Of a stretch of 52,384 nucleotides of DNA, positions 1 through 8,664 are shown piece after piece. Made by a program: the position numbers and the translations under genes. The notes under the pieces are model-generated. The model made no database searches. It saw only the letters and a program-made list of their open reading frames with translations, and had not been told where the DNA came from. The DNA is from Bacteriovoracaceae bacterium (lineage in GTDB: Bacteria; Bdellovibrionota; Bacteriovoracia; Bacteriovoracales; Bacteriovoracaceae). The stretch is taken from contig CANFNX010000001.1 of the NCBI GenBank assembly GCA_947448495.1, forward strand, positions 1 to 52,384. Reading direction: 5' to 3'. Position 1 is the stretch's first letter. Every line of letters starts with the position of its first letter.

Positions 1-70
1 GGAAGAGAGAAACCCTGATTAACATACTTAAGCTCTCTCACAACTTAAAGACCAAATAATTGCCTATAAG

Positions 71-1039
71 TTATATTACATTCCACTTAAATGTTTTCGT
101 CGCTTTATTGCCGACGATATCTTCAACAGTGACCTCTACTTCATGAGGCCCGAGAGGTAAAGACATGACTCCACGAGGCTTTTCCGGACTAAAATTTAAA
201 TTAAAGAGAAGCTTGCGACAAGAATAGTCTCCACAAGTCCCTTTCATATAAAAATCTTCAATAAAGTCGATATCATTTTTACCCGAGGGTAAATTCACAA
301 AGGCCCAGACTAGCTTTTCTTCACCCTTGTCGATGCGATAGGAAATTTTATGAGGAGGGAGAATAAATTTTTTATGCATGACGAGGTCACTGGCCTCGAC
401 AAACAGAGCATGCTCCCCTGCCACCTGGCCTCCGTCAATCGGCTTATGGTTTTTTGCCAGACCAATACGATTAATCACTGGGGCCTGTGTATCCGCCAAT
501 GGTTCCATCATCAGGAAGGGATTAATATAGCGACCATCTTCGGCCACGACGAGTAAATGCAAATGATGATAGACTTCACCGAAACTCGACATCGGCCATT
601 GAACAATATTACCTATGAGAGTGCCTTCGGAAATTTTCTCTCCATTCTGATAGGATCTTTTGATTTCTTCTGTGATCGATTCTTTTGAAATGTGATGATA
701 TTTCCAAACAAAGCCCTCTTCATCTAAGATGGCAACTTCCCAATAAAGTTCATTCCCATGAATATAGTTTTCAATATTAACGACTTTCCCGCCTGCAGCT
801 GCGAATACGCTCTGCTCTTGTTGCCCCCTGATATCGAGACCGTCGTGCCAATAGGGAGAGCCAGAATAATCTTGATAAGACTGCATATTATGACCGATTG
901 AGAGCAGAGCAAAAGGCCATGGATGGTGTTTTTGTTCCGTGAACTTCCCGAAGGCAAGTTTATCGGCTTTGGTTCTTACTACTTTTTCATGGGCCATAAC
1001 ATGAGTTGATAGGAGCATAAAAAATAATAGGTATCTCAT
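71..1039 (-). CDS. Secreted M23 family metallopeptidase with C-terminal Ig-like domain
   Basis: Signal peptide; HDGLD (HxxxD) and HLH zinc motifs; C-terminal DTQAP...VEDIVGN beta domain. Confidence 0.85.
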   Translation of the reverse strand: MRYLLFFMLLSTHVMAHEKVVRTKADKLAFGKFTEQKHHPWPFALLSIGHNMQSYQDYSGSPYWHDGLDIRGQQEQSVFAAAGGKVVNIENYIHGNELYWEVAILDEEGFVWKYHHISKESITEEIKRSYQNGEKISEGTLIGNIVQWPMSSFGEVYHHLHLLVVAEDGRYINPFLMMEPLADTQAPVINRIGLAKNHKPIDGGQVAGEHALFVEASDLVMHKKFILPPHKISYRIDKGEEKLVWAFVNLPSGKNDIDFIEDFYMKGTCGDYSCRKLLFNLNFSPEKPRGVMSLPLGPHEVEVTVEDIVGNKATKTFKWNVI

Positions 1040-1046
1040 AATATCC

Positions 1047-1736
1047 TTAAGATAAATAATTGTGAAAAACGGATGATGGGAATGTTTCAGAAAGCTTAAG
1101 ACCGGCCTTGAGAAGCTTTTGTTTGTTTTTTAGATAATGAGCATCGACTTCATTATTGATGTAGAGGACTTCAGCAACAATTGGATTTTCTAATAATGTA
1201 TCACTTAAGGCCGTGATCCATAAAATGCGATTATTTTTTAAAAACTGACGATTGTTTTCAGAGACGACAAGTCCAATCCCATCAAAAGAGATATCACTTA
1301 CGCGAACCTTTAGCTCACTCCCCAACTCTCCAAAAGATCCTATTAAGGAAGATCTCAATGTGACTGTTTTCTCCTGCAGCGGTAAAAACTGATGACGAGG
1401 ATTTGATCTCAGTTCAGGTGTTTTAATCAGCTCGGGGAAAGAAAAATGAAGGGCATTTTGGCCGACTCTAAATTCAGAAACCTTGAATACACTCATTCTA
1501 TGTCCAAGTTTAACAAATACAGGTTTCGATTTTTCAATCTGAAATGAATCAGCATCGAAAATCACCTGTACTTCTCTGGCGATAAAATCGATTTCTAAAT
1601 ATTGAACAGGAATGACAGCTTTACTCGAGACGTGCGACTGCCATAGGATATTATCCTGAAGCATAGTGGATTTTTGTAAAATCCTGAGAATTTCCCGGTA
1701 CTCCGTACTGGATCGGTAATTTTCCAAATTGATCAT
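1047..1736 (-). CDS. PilZ-domain c-di-GMP receptor
   Basis: RSNPR (RxxxR) and DISFDG (DxSxxG) motifs after an N-terminal PilZN-like region. Confidence 0.75.
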   Translation of the reverse strand: MINLENYRSSTEYREILRILQKSTMLQDNILWQSHVSSKAVIPVQYLEIDFIAREVQVIFDADSFQIEKSKPVFVKLGHRMSVFKVSEFRVGQNALHFSFPELIKTPELRSNPRHQFLPLQEKTVTLRSSLIGSFGELGSELKVRVSDISFDGIGLVVSENNRQFLKNNRILWITALSDTLLENPIVAEVLYINNEVDAHYLKNKQKLLKAGLKLSETFPSSVFHNYLS

Positions 1737-1928
1737 CCTTTAAGATTGCTAGATCTACTACAGATTGACAATCTTTGTCTCTTTACCCGACTGCGACGAT
1801 CAAGTCATGTATCCCAAGCCCTCAAAAGTTCATTTGTGCCCTTAGGAATGGAAAATCGCCCCGCCTTCAATCCAAATTTTCGAAACTTATTCCTGGCATG
1901 TTCTTTGGTAATTGAAACTGGGGGCGAA

Positions 1929-2069
1929 ATGAGAAAAAGTTTGATTATGTTTTTCCTAATGGGTGTCTTTCTCTTCGGATTTGGGATGGCCAGTCAGCAG
2001 ATCTTAAATGCTCTTAATCCGTCAAACACTCAGGGCCAACCAGATACTCCCCTTTTAACCATGCCTTGA
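1929..2069 (+). CDS. Small exported or membrane peptide (46 aa)
   Basis: ATG at 1929 after GGGGG; MRKSLIMFFLMGVFLFGFG is signal-like; 3' end overlaps the convergent gene by 56 bp. Confidence 0.4.
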   Translation: MRKSLIMFFLMGVFLFGFGMASQQILNALNPSNTQGQPDTPLLTMP

Positions 2070-3063
2070 TATCCAAAGCGATAGGAGAATGGTCATCTTG
2101 CAGTTCAGTTACCATGGCGTGCTTTTGATCCGCTGTAAGCTGATCAAGACCCAGCTTAAAAAAATCATCGCGATGATATAAAATAAATTGCGCAAGCTTG
2201 GGTGAGCACAATTCAAAGCAGCTCGCCTTAAATGATTCCTCTGGAGAGAGATTTTTCTCTATCGCCCACAACGAAGAAAGATAAACTAATTGCGAAAGAT
2301 AAGGCTGATTCATGAGATTAAAACCAACCGCTTGAGTTGAGCGAAGCAACTTCGAGCTTCGCCCAGTAAAATACCGCAGCTTTAAAAATTTGCAGTTCCT
2401 TGGCCCATCATTAGCGTAAAGATTTTCCCAGATATAAGGCTTACGCCCCAGGAGGTCCGTGACTTCGGCCAGGTGTTCATCGGAAAGCTCTTCGGAAATA
2501 ACCTTCGGTCCCGTCCAGCAAATATCCACCTGCTCGAGCATAGCATCTTTTAGACCTTCTACATAACCGGCCGGACGCTGACCAAAAACTTTATCGAGAA
2601 TGGGATCATAGGTGTAATAACTAGGACAAAAAATAAGTCCTTTAGGAAAAAAACGAAGAGCGAGATTCACCACTTGAGTCTGCACATCCAAGAGTTTGTC
2701 AGTGCTTGGCATATCATCAAAAAAGAGACCGAGATAATCGATATTAAGATCAGAGAGAATTTGAAACCTTTTCTCTAAATGCGACCAATCATCAGGAGTG
2801 ATGGTGCTCCCTAGCCCAAAGGGACTAAAGGCCACTCCAAATTTGAGGCTTTTTTGTTGGAATGAATCACGAAGATTTTTTAGTTCTTGGATATAAGTGT
2901 CTGACCAAACATCGCGCCAGGCCTTGCGCAAATTCGCGTCTCTTTTCGGGGCGTAGATGTAAAAGTCCCCACCATAGGTTTTAAGAAAGGAAGCAAATGA
3001 GACTCTCGCCTCATGACTCCAGGTGGGACCAAAAAAACCTTCTACAATACCAAGTTCACTCAT
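2014..3063 (-). CDS. GH84 beta-N-acetylglucosaminidase (O-GlcNAcase/hyaluronidase-like catalytic domain)
   Basis: GIVEGFFG, YIYAPKRD, catalytic FFDD, FCPSYY, WTGPKV, WENLYAND. Confidence 0.88.
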   Translation of the reverse strand: MSELGIVEGFFGPTWSHEARVSFASFLKTYGGDFYIYAPKRDANLRKAWRDVWSDTYIQELKNLRDSFQQKSLKFGVAFSPFGLGSTITPDDWSHLEKRFQILSDLNIDYLGLFFDDMPSTDKLLDVQTQVVNLALRFFPKGLIFCPSYYTYDPILDKVFGQRPAGYVEGLKDAMLEQVDICWTGPKVISEELSDEHLAEVTDLLGRKPYIWENLYANDGPRNCKFLKLRYFTGRSSKLLRSTQAVGFNLMNQPYLSQLVYLSSLWAIEKNLSPEESFKASCFELCSPKLAQFILYHRDDFFKLGLDQLTADQKHAMVTELQDDHSPIALDIKAWLKGEYLVGPECLTD

Positions 3064-3096
3064 GAACCTAGTTTAAACTTTTCTCTCTCAATAAGC

Positions 3097-3118
3097 AAAG
3101 CCCTGCATTGTGCAGGGC
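3097..3118 (-). terminator. Intrinsic terminator of the 3140-3853 gene
   Basis: GCCCTGCA-ttg-TGCAGGGC stem with a short T run on the minus strand. Confidence 0.6.
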
Positions 3119-3139
3119 CTTGTGTGAGCGATGGAGCTG

Positions 3140-3853
3140 TTAATCTTTACCACCGGAAGTATGGGAACCGTCCTCAGTGTCTGCGACCTTAATCAAAGTT
3201 CCGCAGGCAATTGGGATTGAGACATGTTTAAGCTCGCCATTCATAGTGGCCACCGAATCAGGTAGCTGGGTATCTGAGGCCACACCATAAATAACAACCT
3301 GACGACCGGCCAGATCCAGTGCCGATTTGAGTTTGGTCATGCCAGCTTGTGGTGCAGGATTTTTACTCATGAGATCTTTCATCATTTCTAGCATCGAGAC
3401 ATTTTGGCGATAAAAATAATCACCCGAAAAATCGGCCGATGGGAAAGTTTCACTGGCCTCAATTTGTGTTTTCAAATCTGCATCAAGCGGAATGATCGCT
3501 GGACCATAGGAATTCATCCCTTCGACCGAGTCAATAATCCCATCCTTATTCGTGTCTGATGCAAGAGTCGGGCACTCATCAGCGATGTGAATATTCTGCA
3601 TATGAGTCACCTGAGCGGCTGCTCCACCCACATGAACCTCAACTTGAAAGTCATCTCCTTTAACTCTCACCACGGCCTTTCCGGTAACATCACCACCGAG
3701 ATGGCTATTCATCGAGATCAACGATGCCTCATAATGGCCAGTCGTAGCCTGAAGAGAATCTCGTAAGGGAACATTGGAACTCGACTTGTGATCTCCACAG
3801 GCCGTTAGAGATAAAAGACCAGCACCTAAAACAAGTGAACATACATTTTTCAT
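3140..3853 (-). CDS. Lipoprotein, Cu/Zn-SOD-like or CHRD-like fold with a DxNxDG loop
   Basis: Lipobox LTAC; HMQNIH, DTNKDG and C-terminal PIACG; GGAGG RBS. Confidence 0.6.
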   Translation of the reverse strand: MKNVCSLVLGAGLLSLTACGDHKSSSNVPLRDSLQATTGHYEASLISMNSHLGGDVTGKAVVRVKGDDFQVEVHVGGAAAQVTHMQNIHIADECPTLASDTNKDGIIDSVEGMNSYGPAIIPLDADLKTQIEASETFPSADFSGDYFYRQNVSMLEMMKDLMSKNPAPQAGMTKLKSALDLAGRQVVIYGVASDTQLPDSVATMNGELKHVSIPIACGTLIKVADTEDGSHTSGGKD

Positions 3854-3889
3854 TTAAAGAACCTCCGTGTTAAAACACGTTGGGCTCAA

Positions 3890-3906
3890 AGCAAGCTCAG
3901 GGCCAG
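3890..3906 (-). promoter_or_regulatory. Sigma-54 -24/-12 promoter
   Basis: Minus strand CTGGCCCTGAGCTTGCT (GG-N10-GC); IHF-like TTTCAGTGCTTTA at 3924-3936. Confidence 0.55.
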
Positions 3907-4058
3907 ATTTGAATTCCTGTGTTTTTCAGTGCTTTACGAGATGAGACATGAAAGATTGTCCCAAATGACTTGATGTGTGCCGGGAATTTTGTCCGATTCC
4001 CCCACCTAAAACCATTGACAGATAGGGCTAAAGCATCGAAACTAGTGAAAATTCTTTT

Positions 4059-4136
4059 GGAGACGTGCCCGAGTGGCCCAAGGGAGCAGTTTGCAAAACT
4101 GTAAAGCCGGCGGTTCAAATCCGCCCGTCTCCTCCA
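4059..4136 (+). tRNA. tRNA-Cys (GCA)
   Basis: Acceptor GGAGACG/CGTCTCC, anticodon arm GCAGT-TTGCAAA-ACTGT, T arm GGCGG-TTCAAAT-CCGCC, U discriminator, encoded CCA; TTGACA at 4015-4020. Confidence 0.97.
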
Positions 4137-4143
4137 AATAAAT

Positions 4144-4184
4144 AAGCCTCTGAAAGTGAAAACGATCAGAGGCTTTTTTATTTT
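4144..4184 (+). terminator. Intrinsic terminator after the tRNA
   Basis: AAGCCTCTGA...TCAGAGGCTT followed by a T tract. Confidence 0.8.
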
Positions 4185-4358
4185 GATTAATGACTCAATT
4201 CTATAAATAAGAAAAAGTCAGTTTATGGTTTTATAAAACGTTAGAATTCGTCTTCCGAAATCCATAATCAAGTGAGCAAGAATATCTAGCTCACTAATTC
4301 TTTAACTTAAATTTCAACTATCATTTATAAAACTAGGGCTTCTTATGTTCTTCGCTTT

Positions 4359-4622
4359 TTATGGCTGATAGCAAATGCCTTCTTTCCTTAGGGAACCAAC
4401 CCAATCAGAATATTCATTAATTTTTTCAGTCAATTCTTTGGTTGTTTTATATGGAGATTGTAAGAATACATCGGTTTCAAAATTATCAAGGCGCTGTAGA
4501 GTTAATCTAATTTCTCTCTGAGTAACCTCTATTTTACATGCAGATTGAATATTTTTGTTAGCATCTGCAGAAAAAGAAACAGTTGCATTTAGTAGTATTA
4601 ATCCCAGTACTAATATTTTCAT
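4359..4622 (-). CDS. Small secreted hypothetical protein
   Basis: Signal peptide MKILVLGLILLNATVSFS; GAGGAG RBS. Confidence 0.7.
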   Translation of the reverse strand: MKILVLGLILLNATVSFSADANKNIQSACKIEVTQREIRLTLQRLDNFETDVFLQSPYKTTKELTEKINEYSDWVGSLRKEGICYQP

Positions 4623-5066
4623 TCAACAGATCTCCTCTAAAAACTAATGTTTTCAAAACATAGTTTATTAACATTTCCCTCGTTTTAAAGGACCATAAAC
4701 TTCTTGCTCGATGTTTATACAACACAAGTTAATAATAAGTTGATTTGAGGAAACACTTTCAAAAAATCAGGAATTTTTTACAGCAGGGAAAACGATATTA
4801 ACCGATTCTGACTAAGGCTTTTATCGATTGTAGGCACTTTATTAAAATCTAAGCTTCAACTATTTTTTTTGAAAAATTGCGCAGAGATAAATCTTAAGAT
4901 TCAAAGATGAAAAATACAAGCGCATCGAAAGGAAGATACTGGCGTACAGTTCAGATCAATAGTAGTTTGCGAAATCTGATTTTAGAAATCAGAGCATGTG
5001 CCTCCGCAAATGTAGACCATGCCTAGGCAATAACGTGGTAAGTATTTTCGATAAAGGAAATAAACA

Positions 5067-5585
5067 ATGAATCCAGTTACAATACCTTCAGTTGAAAAAA
5101 TGATATACGTTATCCGTAGCCAGAAAGTTATGCTCGATTCAGATCTGGCCAAACTTTATGAAGTTCCGACAAAGGCCTTTAACCAAGCGGTTAGAAGGAA
5201 CCTTGATCGATTTCCAGAAGATTTTATGTTTCAGCTTACAGATACTGAATTTGATGGATTGAAATTATTCTTAGGTACAACTGAGAGCTATGGTGGTCGT
5301 CGACATTTACCAAATGTTTTTACGGAATGCGGAGTAGCTATGCTTTCGAGTGTTCTAACAAGTGGTAGAGCAGCCCAAGTGAACATCTCCATCATGAGAA
5401 CATTCATTAAACTGAGAAGCTTTTTAGCGATGGAATCTAGCTTGGCGGAACGAGTAGGAAAACTTGAAAAGAGCACAAACCACCTTTTCAAAGTGGTGTT
5501 TGAACGTCTGGATAGTCTTGAAGAAGAGCTACCCAACCACCCTAAAGATCGGAAAAGAATTGGTTTAAAGCCCAAAGTCGAGTAA
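5067..5585 (+). CDS. ORF6N-domain DNA-binding protein
   Basis: KVMLDSDLAKLYEV, NQAVRRNLDRFPEDFMFQLT, GGRRHLPNVFTECGVAMLSSVL, C-terminal RIG. Confidence 0.92.
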   Translation: MNPVTIPSVEKMIYVIRSQKVMLDSDLAKLYEVPTKAFNQAVRRNLDRFPEDFMFQLTDTEFDGLKLFLGTTESYGGRRHLPNVFTECGVAMLSSVLTSGRAAQVNISIMRTFIKLRSFLAMESSLAERVGKLEKSTNHLFKVVFERLDSLEEELPNHPKDRKRIGLKPKVE

Positions 5586-5589
5586 ACTA

Positions 5590-5626
5590 AAAAACTTGAG
5601 GTCACAAATTGTGACCTCAAGTTTTT
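5590..5626. repeat. Perfect 37-bp palindrome; possible bidirectional terminator or operator
   Basis: AAAAACTTGAGGTCACAA-A-TTGTGACCTCAAGTTTTT, 18-bp arms. Confidence 0.95.
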
Positions 5627-5648
5627 AAAAATCTATTTTTCTTACTCT

Positions 5649-5675
5649 TTTGATATCGCATATTGAGATCTCAAA
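5649..5675. repeat. Degenerate second palindrome with the same geometry
   Basis: TTTGATATCGCATATTGAGATCTCAAA, 10 of 13 arm pairs complementary. Confidence 0.7.
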
Positions 5676-6139
5676 CATCGCTCTGCTTCTTTGGCCCCAT
5701 TATGAAGATGTTTATTTGGAAAAAATTTGTCCCGTCGCTAACTTGCAGAGGCCTACGCAAATGAGGCTTCAATCGAATCCAGCAAATAAACTGAAAGAAC
5801 TAAAACTGATATCTGACAAGTACAAACAAGTTTAAGACTGCCGCATTGAAATGTGAGTCATATGAATTCACACCATCTGTATCTGATACATGAGTCGGAA
5901 CGTTACCTGCAAGGTAGTTAACTTCGGGCTTAAGAAAAAATCCATTCTATAACCATTCATATGAAACAAATGCTTCTAACCCCATAATTTTTTTGCCAAA
6001 AACAGACCTATTATTGGCCGAAAGGTCGAAAAGTTAGAATTAAGGAATCCTTGATTGGAGGTCACAATCTCGCATCGTGAATTTTTCTTTCCTACTAACT
6101 TGCCCCATTTGTTAATTTGAATGAAATCTAGGAGGAGTT

Positions 6140-6574
6140 ATGTTGAAAGTTTTATTTTGTGTACTGGTTCTTGGAAGTTCTTCCATTTATGCGCAGGTGA
6201 TTAGCGGAGGAAATGGTGAGATAAAAGATCCCTTCGAGTTCAAAATTATGAGTAAGGCACCGAGTTCAAATTATGGTGACTCAACAGGAATTTTAACTGA
6301 TAAAAACTCGATGACTTCAGACATCATTTGCTTGGATGACTTTTATAAAATTCTTTACCGTAACAAAAACGATGAGAGAAAAGATTTTAAATTTAGCAAT
6401 ACTGATAATTGCAGTGTTGTTCTTGCTTGCGTGAAAAGTCTTAAAAAAGGGGAATTTATCAAAATTCTCATAAATAGAGGAGATAACACAATTAAAGAAG
6501 TGGTTCTACCTGCATCCTGCTCAATCGATTCTTGGGCTTATGAAGGCGATATTGAGCAAAAGGTTAACGTCTAA
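6140..6574 (+). CDS. Secreted hypothetical protein
   Basis: AGGAGG RBS, signal peptide, four Cys in the mature part. Confidence 0.75.
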   Translation: MLKVLFCVLVLGSSSIYAQVISGGNGEIKDPFEFKIMSKAPSSNYGDSTGILTDKNSMTSDIICLDDFYKILYRNKNDERKDFKFSNTDNCSVVLACVKSLKKGEFIKILINRGDNTIKEVVLPASCSIDSWAYEGDIEQKVNV

Positions 6575-6677
6575 AAATGGATTTAATCCATGAAATCGAA
6601 AACTTCTTTATGAAGATAAACACAGAATTAAAATTACTATCAGAATTTTTTGATCTTTCAGGGGCTTAACGCTGGAA

Positions 6678-6707
6678 TTGACTCACGGCACGATTCTCTG
6701 TTATAAT
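6678..6707 (+). promoter_or_regulatory. Sigma-70 promoter with extended -10
   Basis: TTGACT-N18-TATAAT with TGn before the -10. Confidence 0.65.
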
Positions 6708-6778
6708 AAGAAATCTAATGATTTTAAACTTGTTTCTTATTTAAGATTTAATGAATAATTTTTACAAGGTAGCTAATT

Positions 6779-7090
6779 ATGAACAATTCACATATTACAA
6801 AAGAAAATGAAGCCTTATTAAGTGGTTTATTAAAAAAAATTTACGACGCTGGTGGTGAGGCTGCACTAAAAGAATTTATAAGTAGCAAGGGAGAATCTTT
6901 CCCTCCCATGAAAGTTAGCAACAAGGAGCTTGAATTATTAAAAGGGGGCAAAGCGTCCAGTATTCTCAACGATTTTATGGCCGGCATGCAATCCAGGGGT
7001 ATTAGCGACGGAAAACACTCTGGAAGTGTAGCCTATTTTATTGGTCTCGGCCTAGGTAATGCCATTAGTGGCCATGGTCACCTAGAATAA
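6779..7090 (+). CDS. Putative double-glycine-leader bacteriocin/RiPP precursor
   Basis: MKVSNKELELLKGG ends at residue 57; 46-aa Gly/Ser-rich core with AYFIGLGLG. Confidence 0.55.
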   Translation: MNNSHITKENEALLSGLLKKIYDAGGEAALKEFISSKGESFPPMKVSNKELELLKGGKASSILNDFMAGMQSRGISDGKHSGSVAYFIGLGLGNAISGHGHLE

Positions 7091-7191
7091 TTTTTCCCTC
7101 GCTCATTGTTATTAAATATATAAATTCTAATAACATAAAAACAGTCCTTAACTTTTTCAAAATTTAAATTTTTGATTCGATTCTTTGAACT

Positions 7192-7231
7192 TCATTCTCA
7201 TGTCATAATTTTTCCTTCCACTGGAAGGCCC
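7192..7231 (+). repeat. 40-bp upstream repeat, copy 1 (promoter/operator)
   Basis: 32/40 ungapped identity to 8038-8077; contains palindrome CCTTCCACTGGAAGG; TACGAT follows at 7239. Confidence 0.75.
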
Positions 7232-7268
7232 AGTCCAATACGATGACCCTAACAAAAAAGATGATCGT

Positions 7269-7934
7269 ATGATGCTAAGACGTTTCGTTTTAATTTTACT
7301 CAGTTTTCTCTCCGCACTCAGCGCCTTTGCCGGACAATTTGATAAGCTTACAGAGGCCCAAATCCAGGCCTTGCCTCAAGATAAATTAGAAAAGATCTAT
7401 TTGAAGGAGAACTGTCCAAATCCAGAATGTGAATTTGGCTATGGAACTAGAAATAGTGCCAAACTCTCCAAGGCCCAGACCCTGGCCCTCTTTAACTACA
7501 CTCTTGGCTATTTTGATACCCTCAATCCTGCTCTTTATGCTGAAAAGCTAACAAATGATCAGCTGGCACTCACAAGAGTTCTTGATTCAGCGCTGGCAAA
7601 ACTCCCCTCACACAAAGTCACCGTCTACCGAGGAACATCTAAGAAGTTTAAGGCGAAAGTTGGCTCAGTTGTCGAGTTTAAGGCCTATACCAGCACTTCG
7701 ACTGAAAGAGACGTTGCTGAAGGTTTTGTTCGCGATCGACTCATCATTTTAAAAGTTAAAACGGGCAAGGACATTCAAGACTACTCCAACGCCGGCAATG
7801 AAAGAGAGATTCTCCTTCCACGAGGTTCAAAGTTTAAAGTCGATGGAGTCACTTCTGAAGAACTCCTTATTGGTGAAGACCCATCAGACTTAAAGCGAGA
7901 AAAAGTTGAAGTCGTAACATTGAAAGAAATATAA
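7269..7934 (+). CDS. Secreted mono-ADP-ribosyltransferase (VIP2/C3-like fold, R-S-E class)
   Basis: Signal peptide; LNPALY...LDSAL, VYRG, YTSTS, NEREILLPRG. Confidence 0.9.
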   Translation: MMLRRFVLILLSFLSALSAFAGQFDKLTEAQIQALPQDKLEKIYLKENCPNPECEFGYGTRNSAKLSKAQTLALFNYTLGYFDTLNPALYAEKLTNDQLALTRVLDSALAKLPSHKVTVYRGTSKKFKAKVGSVVEFKAYTSTSTERDVAEGFVRDRLIILKVKTGKDIQDYSNAGNEREILLPRGSKFKVDGVTSEELLIGEDPSDLKREKVEVVTLKEI

Positions 7935-7949
7935 AAAACAGCTGCACCC

Positions 7950-7976
7950 AAACCTTGGTCTTAAAGGCCAAGGTTT
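7950..7976 (+). terminator. Hairpin after the ART gene
   Basis: AAACCTTGGTC-ttaaa-GGCCAAGGTTT. Confidence 0.65.
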
Positions 7977-8037
7977 ATTCTATTTACCGCCAATACCCCA
8001 TTGAAAAGATGAACTCTAGTCTCAGCACTTTCGGCCA

Positions 8038-8077
8038 TCATTCAGATGTAATAATTTTTTTTCCTACTGGAAGACCC
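8038..8077 (+). repeat. 40-bp upstream repeat, copy 2
   Basis: 32/40 identity to 7192-7231; TACTAT at 8085, same offset as in copy 1. Confidence 0.75.
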
Positions 8078-8136
8078 CCTCACTTACTATCGCTCTAGAA
8101 CAGTAACTACCCAACGGCCAGTGGCCAGGAGAATTT

Positions 8137-8451
8137 ATGCATAAACTATTAATTGGACTTCTACTAATTAGCTCCGTTTCAGCTTTCGCAGGCTCACTGG
8201 AAGAATGTGCTTATGAGGCGACCACAAGGGCCCTAGAATCGGACAATGCTGGACTCCTCAGTAAGGATCTACTGGAACTTAAAATCCTAAACACAATTGA
8301 AGTAGATTGTCTTATGAGAGAAAAAACGACTATTCAGCGTCAATCCCACAATCCTTTTCTGGCCAAAGGAATTAAAAACGCCATCGCTGACTTTAAAAAA
8401 ACACACAGGCCACAAGACGACATTCGAAACATCATTTCGGATCTCCTTTAA
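8137..8451 (+). CDS. Small secreted helical hypothetical protein
   Basis: AGGAG RBS; signal peptide ending SAFA. Confidence 0.75.
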   Translation: MHKLLIGLLLISSVSAFAGSLEECAYEATTRALESDNAGLLSKDLLELKILNTIEVDCLMREKTTIQRQSHNPFLAKGIKNAIADFKKTHRPQDDIRNIISDLL

Positions 8452-8472
8452 GAAAACGATTTAATTGATAGA

Positions 8473-8505
8473 ATCTGGTCTTGGCCTTGATGGCCGAGGC
8501 CAGAT
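8473..8505. terminator. Hairpin related to 7950-7976
   Basis: ATCTGGTCTTGGCC-ttgat-GGCCGAGGCCAGAT; 20-nt core 16/20 identical to the previous hairpin; no U tract. Confidence 0.5.
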
Positions 8506-8664
8506 GCCCCCTCGCCCTAATCAGATAACCCCATGAAATTCCTCTCAAATCCCAACTTTATTCAACATTCTCCTCCAATTGACAAAAATCAAGGTGCTCC
8601 CGGGTAGCGAGTGCTATTTCTACGCCCACAAACGCTTAACCAATTTTCAAACGGGAGACACACC

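Noticed and set aside
1893-1909. Sigma-54-like CTGGCATGTTCTTTGGT before the 46-aa ORF
   Set aside because: The -12 element is GG rather than GC and the ORF itself is uncertain
3897-4118. 73-aa ORF
   Set aside because: Antisense to tRNA-Cys and its promoter
4059-4136. tRNA-Cys with a 6-nt variable region, considered as a Sec-like or recoding tRNA
   Set aside because: Normal 7-bp acceptor and 5-bp T stems, GCA anticodon and U73; ordinary Cys identity
5288-5620. 110-aa minus-strand ORF starting MRSQFVTSS
   Set aside because: Antisense shadow of the ORF6N gene; its start is just the palindrome read in reverse
5590-5675. Palindromes as a CRISPR array or integron attC sites
   Set aside because: Only two diverged units, no cas or integrase gene, no RYYYAAC/GTTRRRY ends
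5650-5835. 61-aa ORF starting in the second palindrome
   Set aside because: TTG start, no RBS, no recognisable domain
5852-5872. TGTGA...TCACA as a CRP box
   Set aside because: Spacer is 11 nt rather than 6
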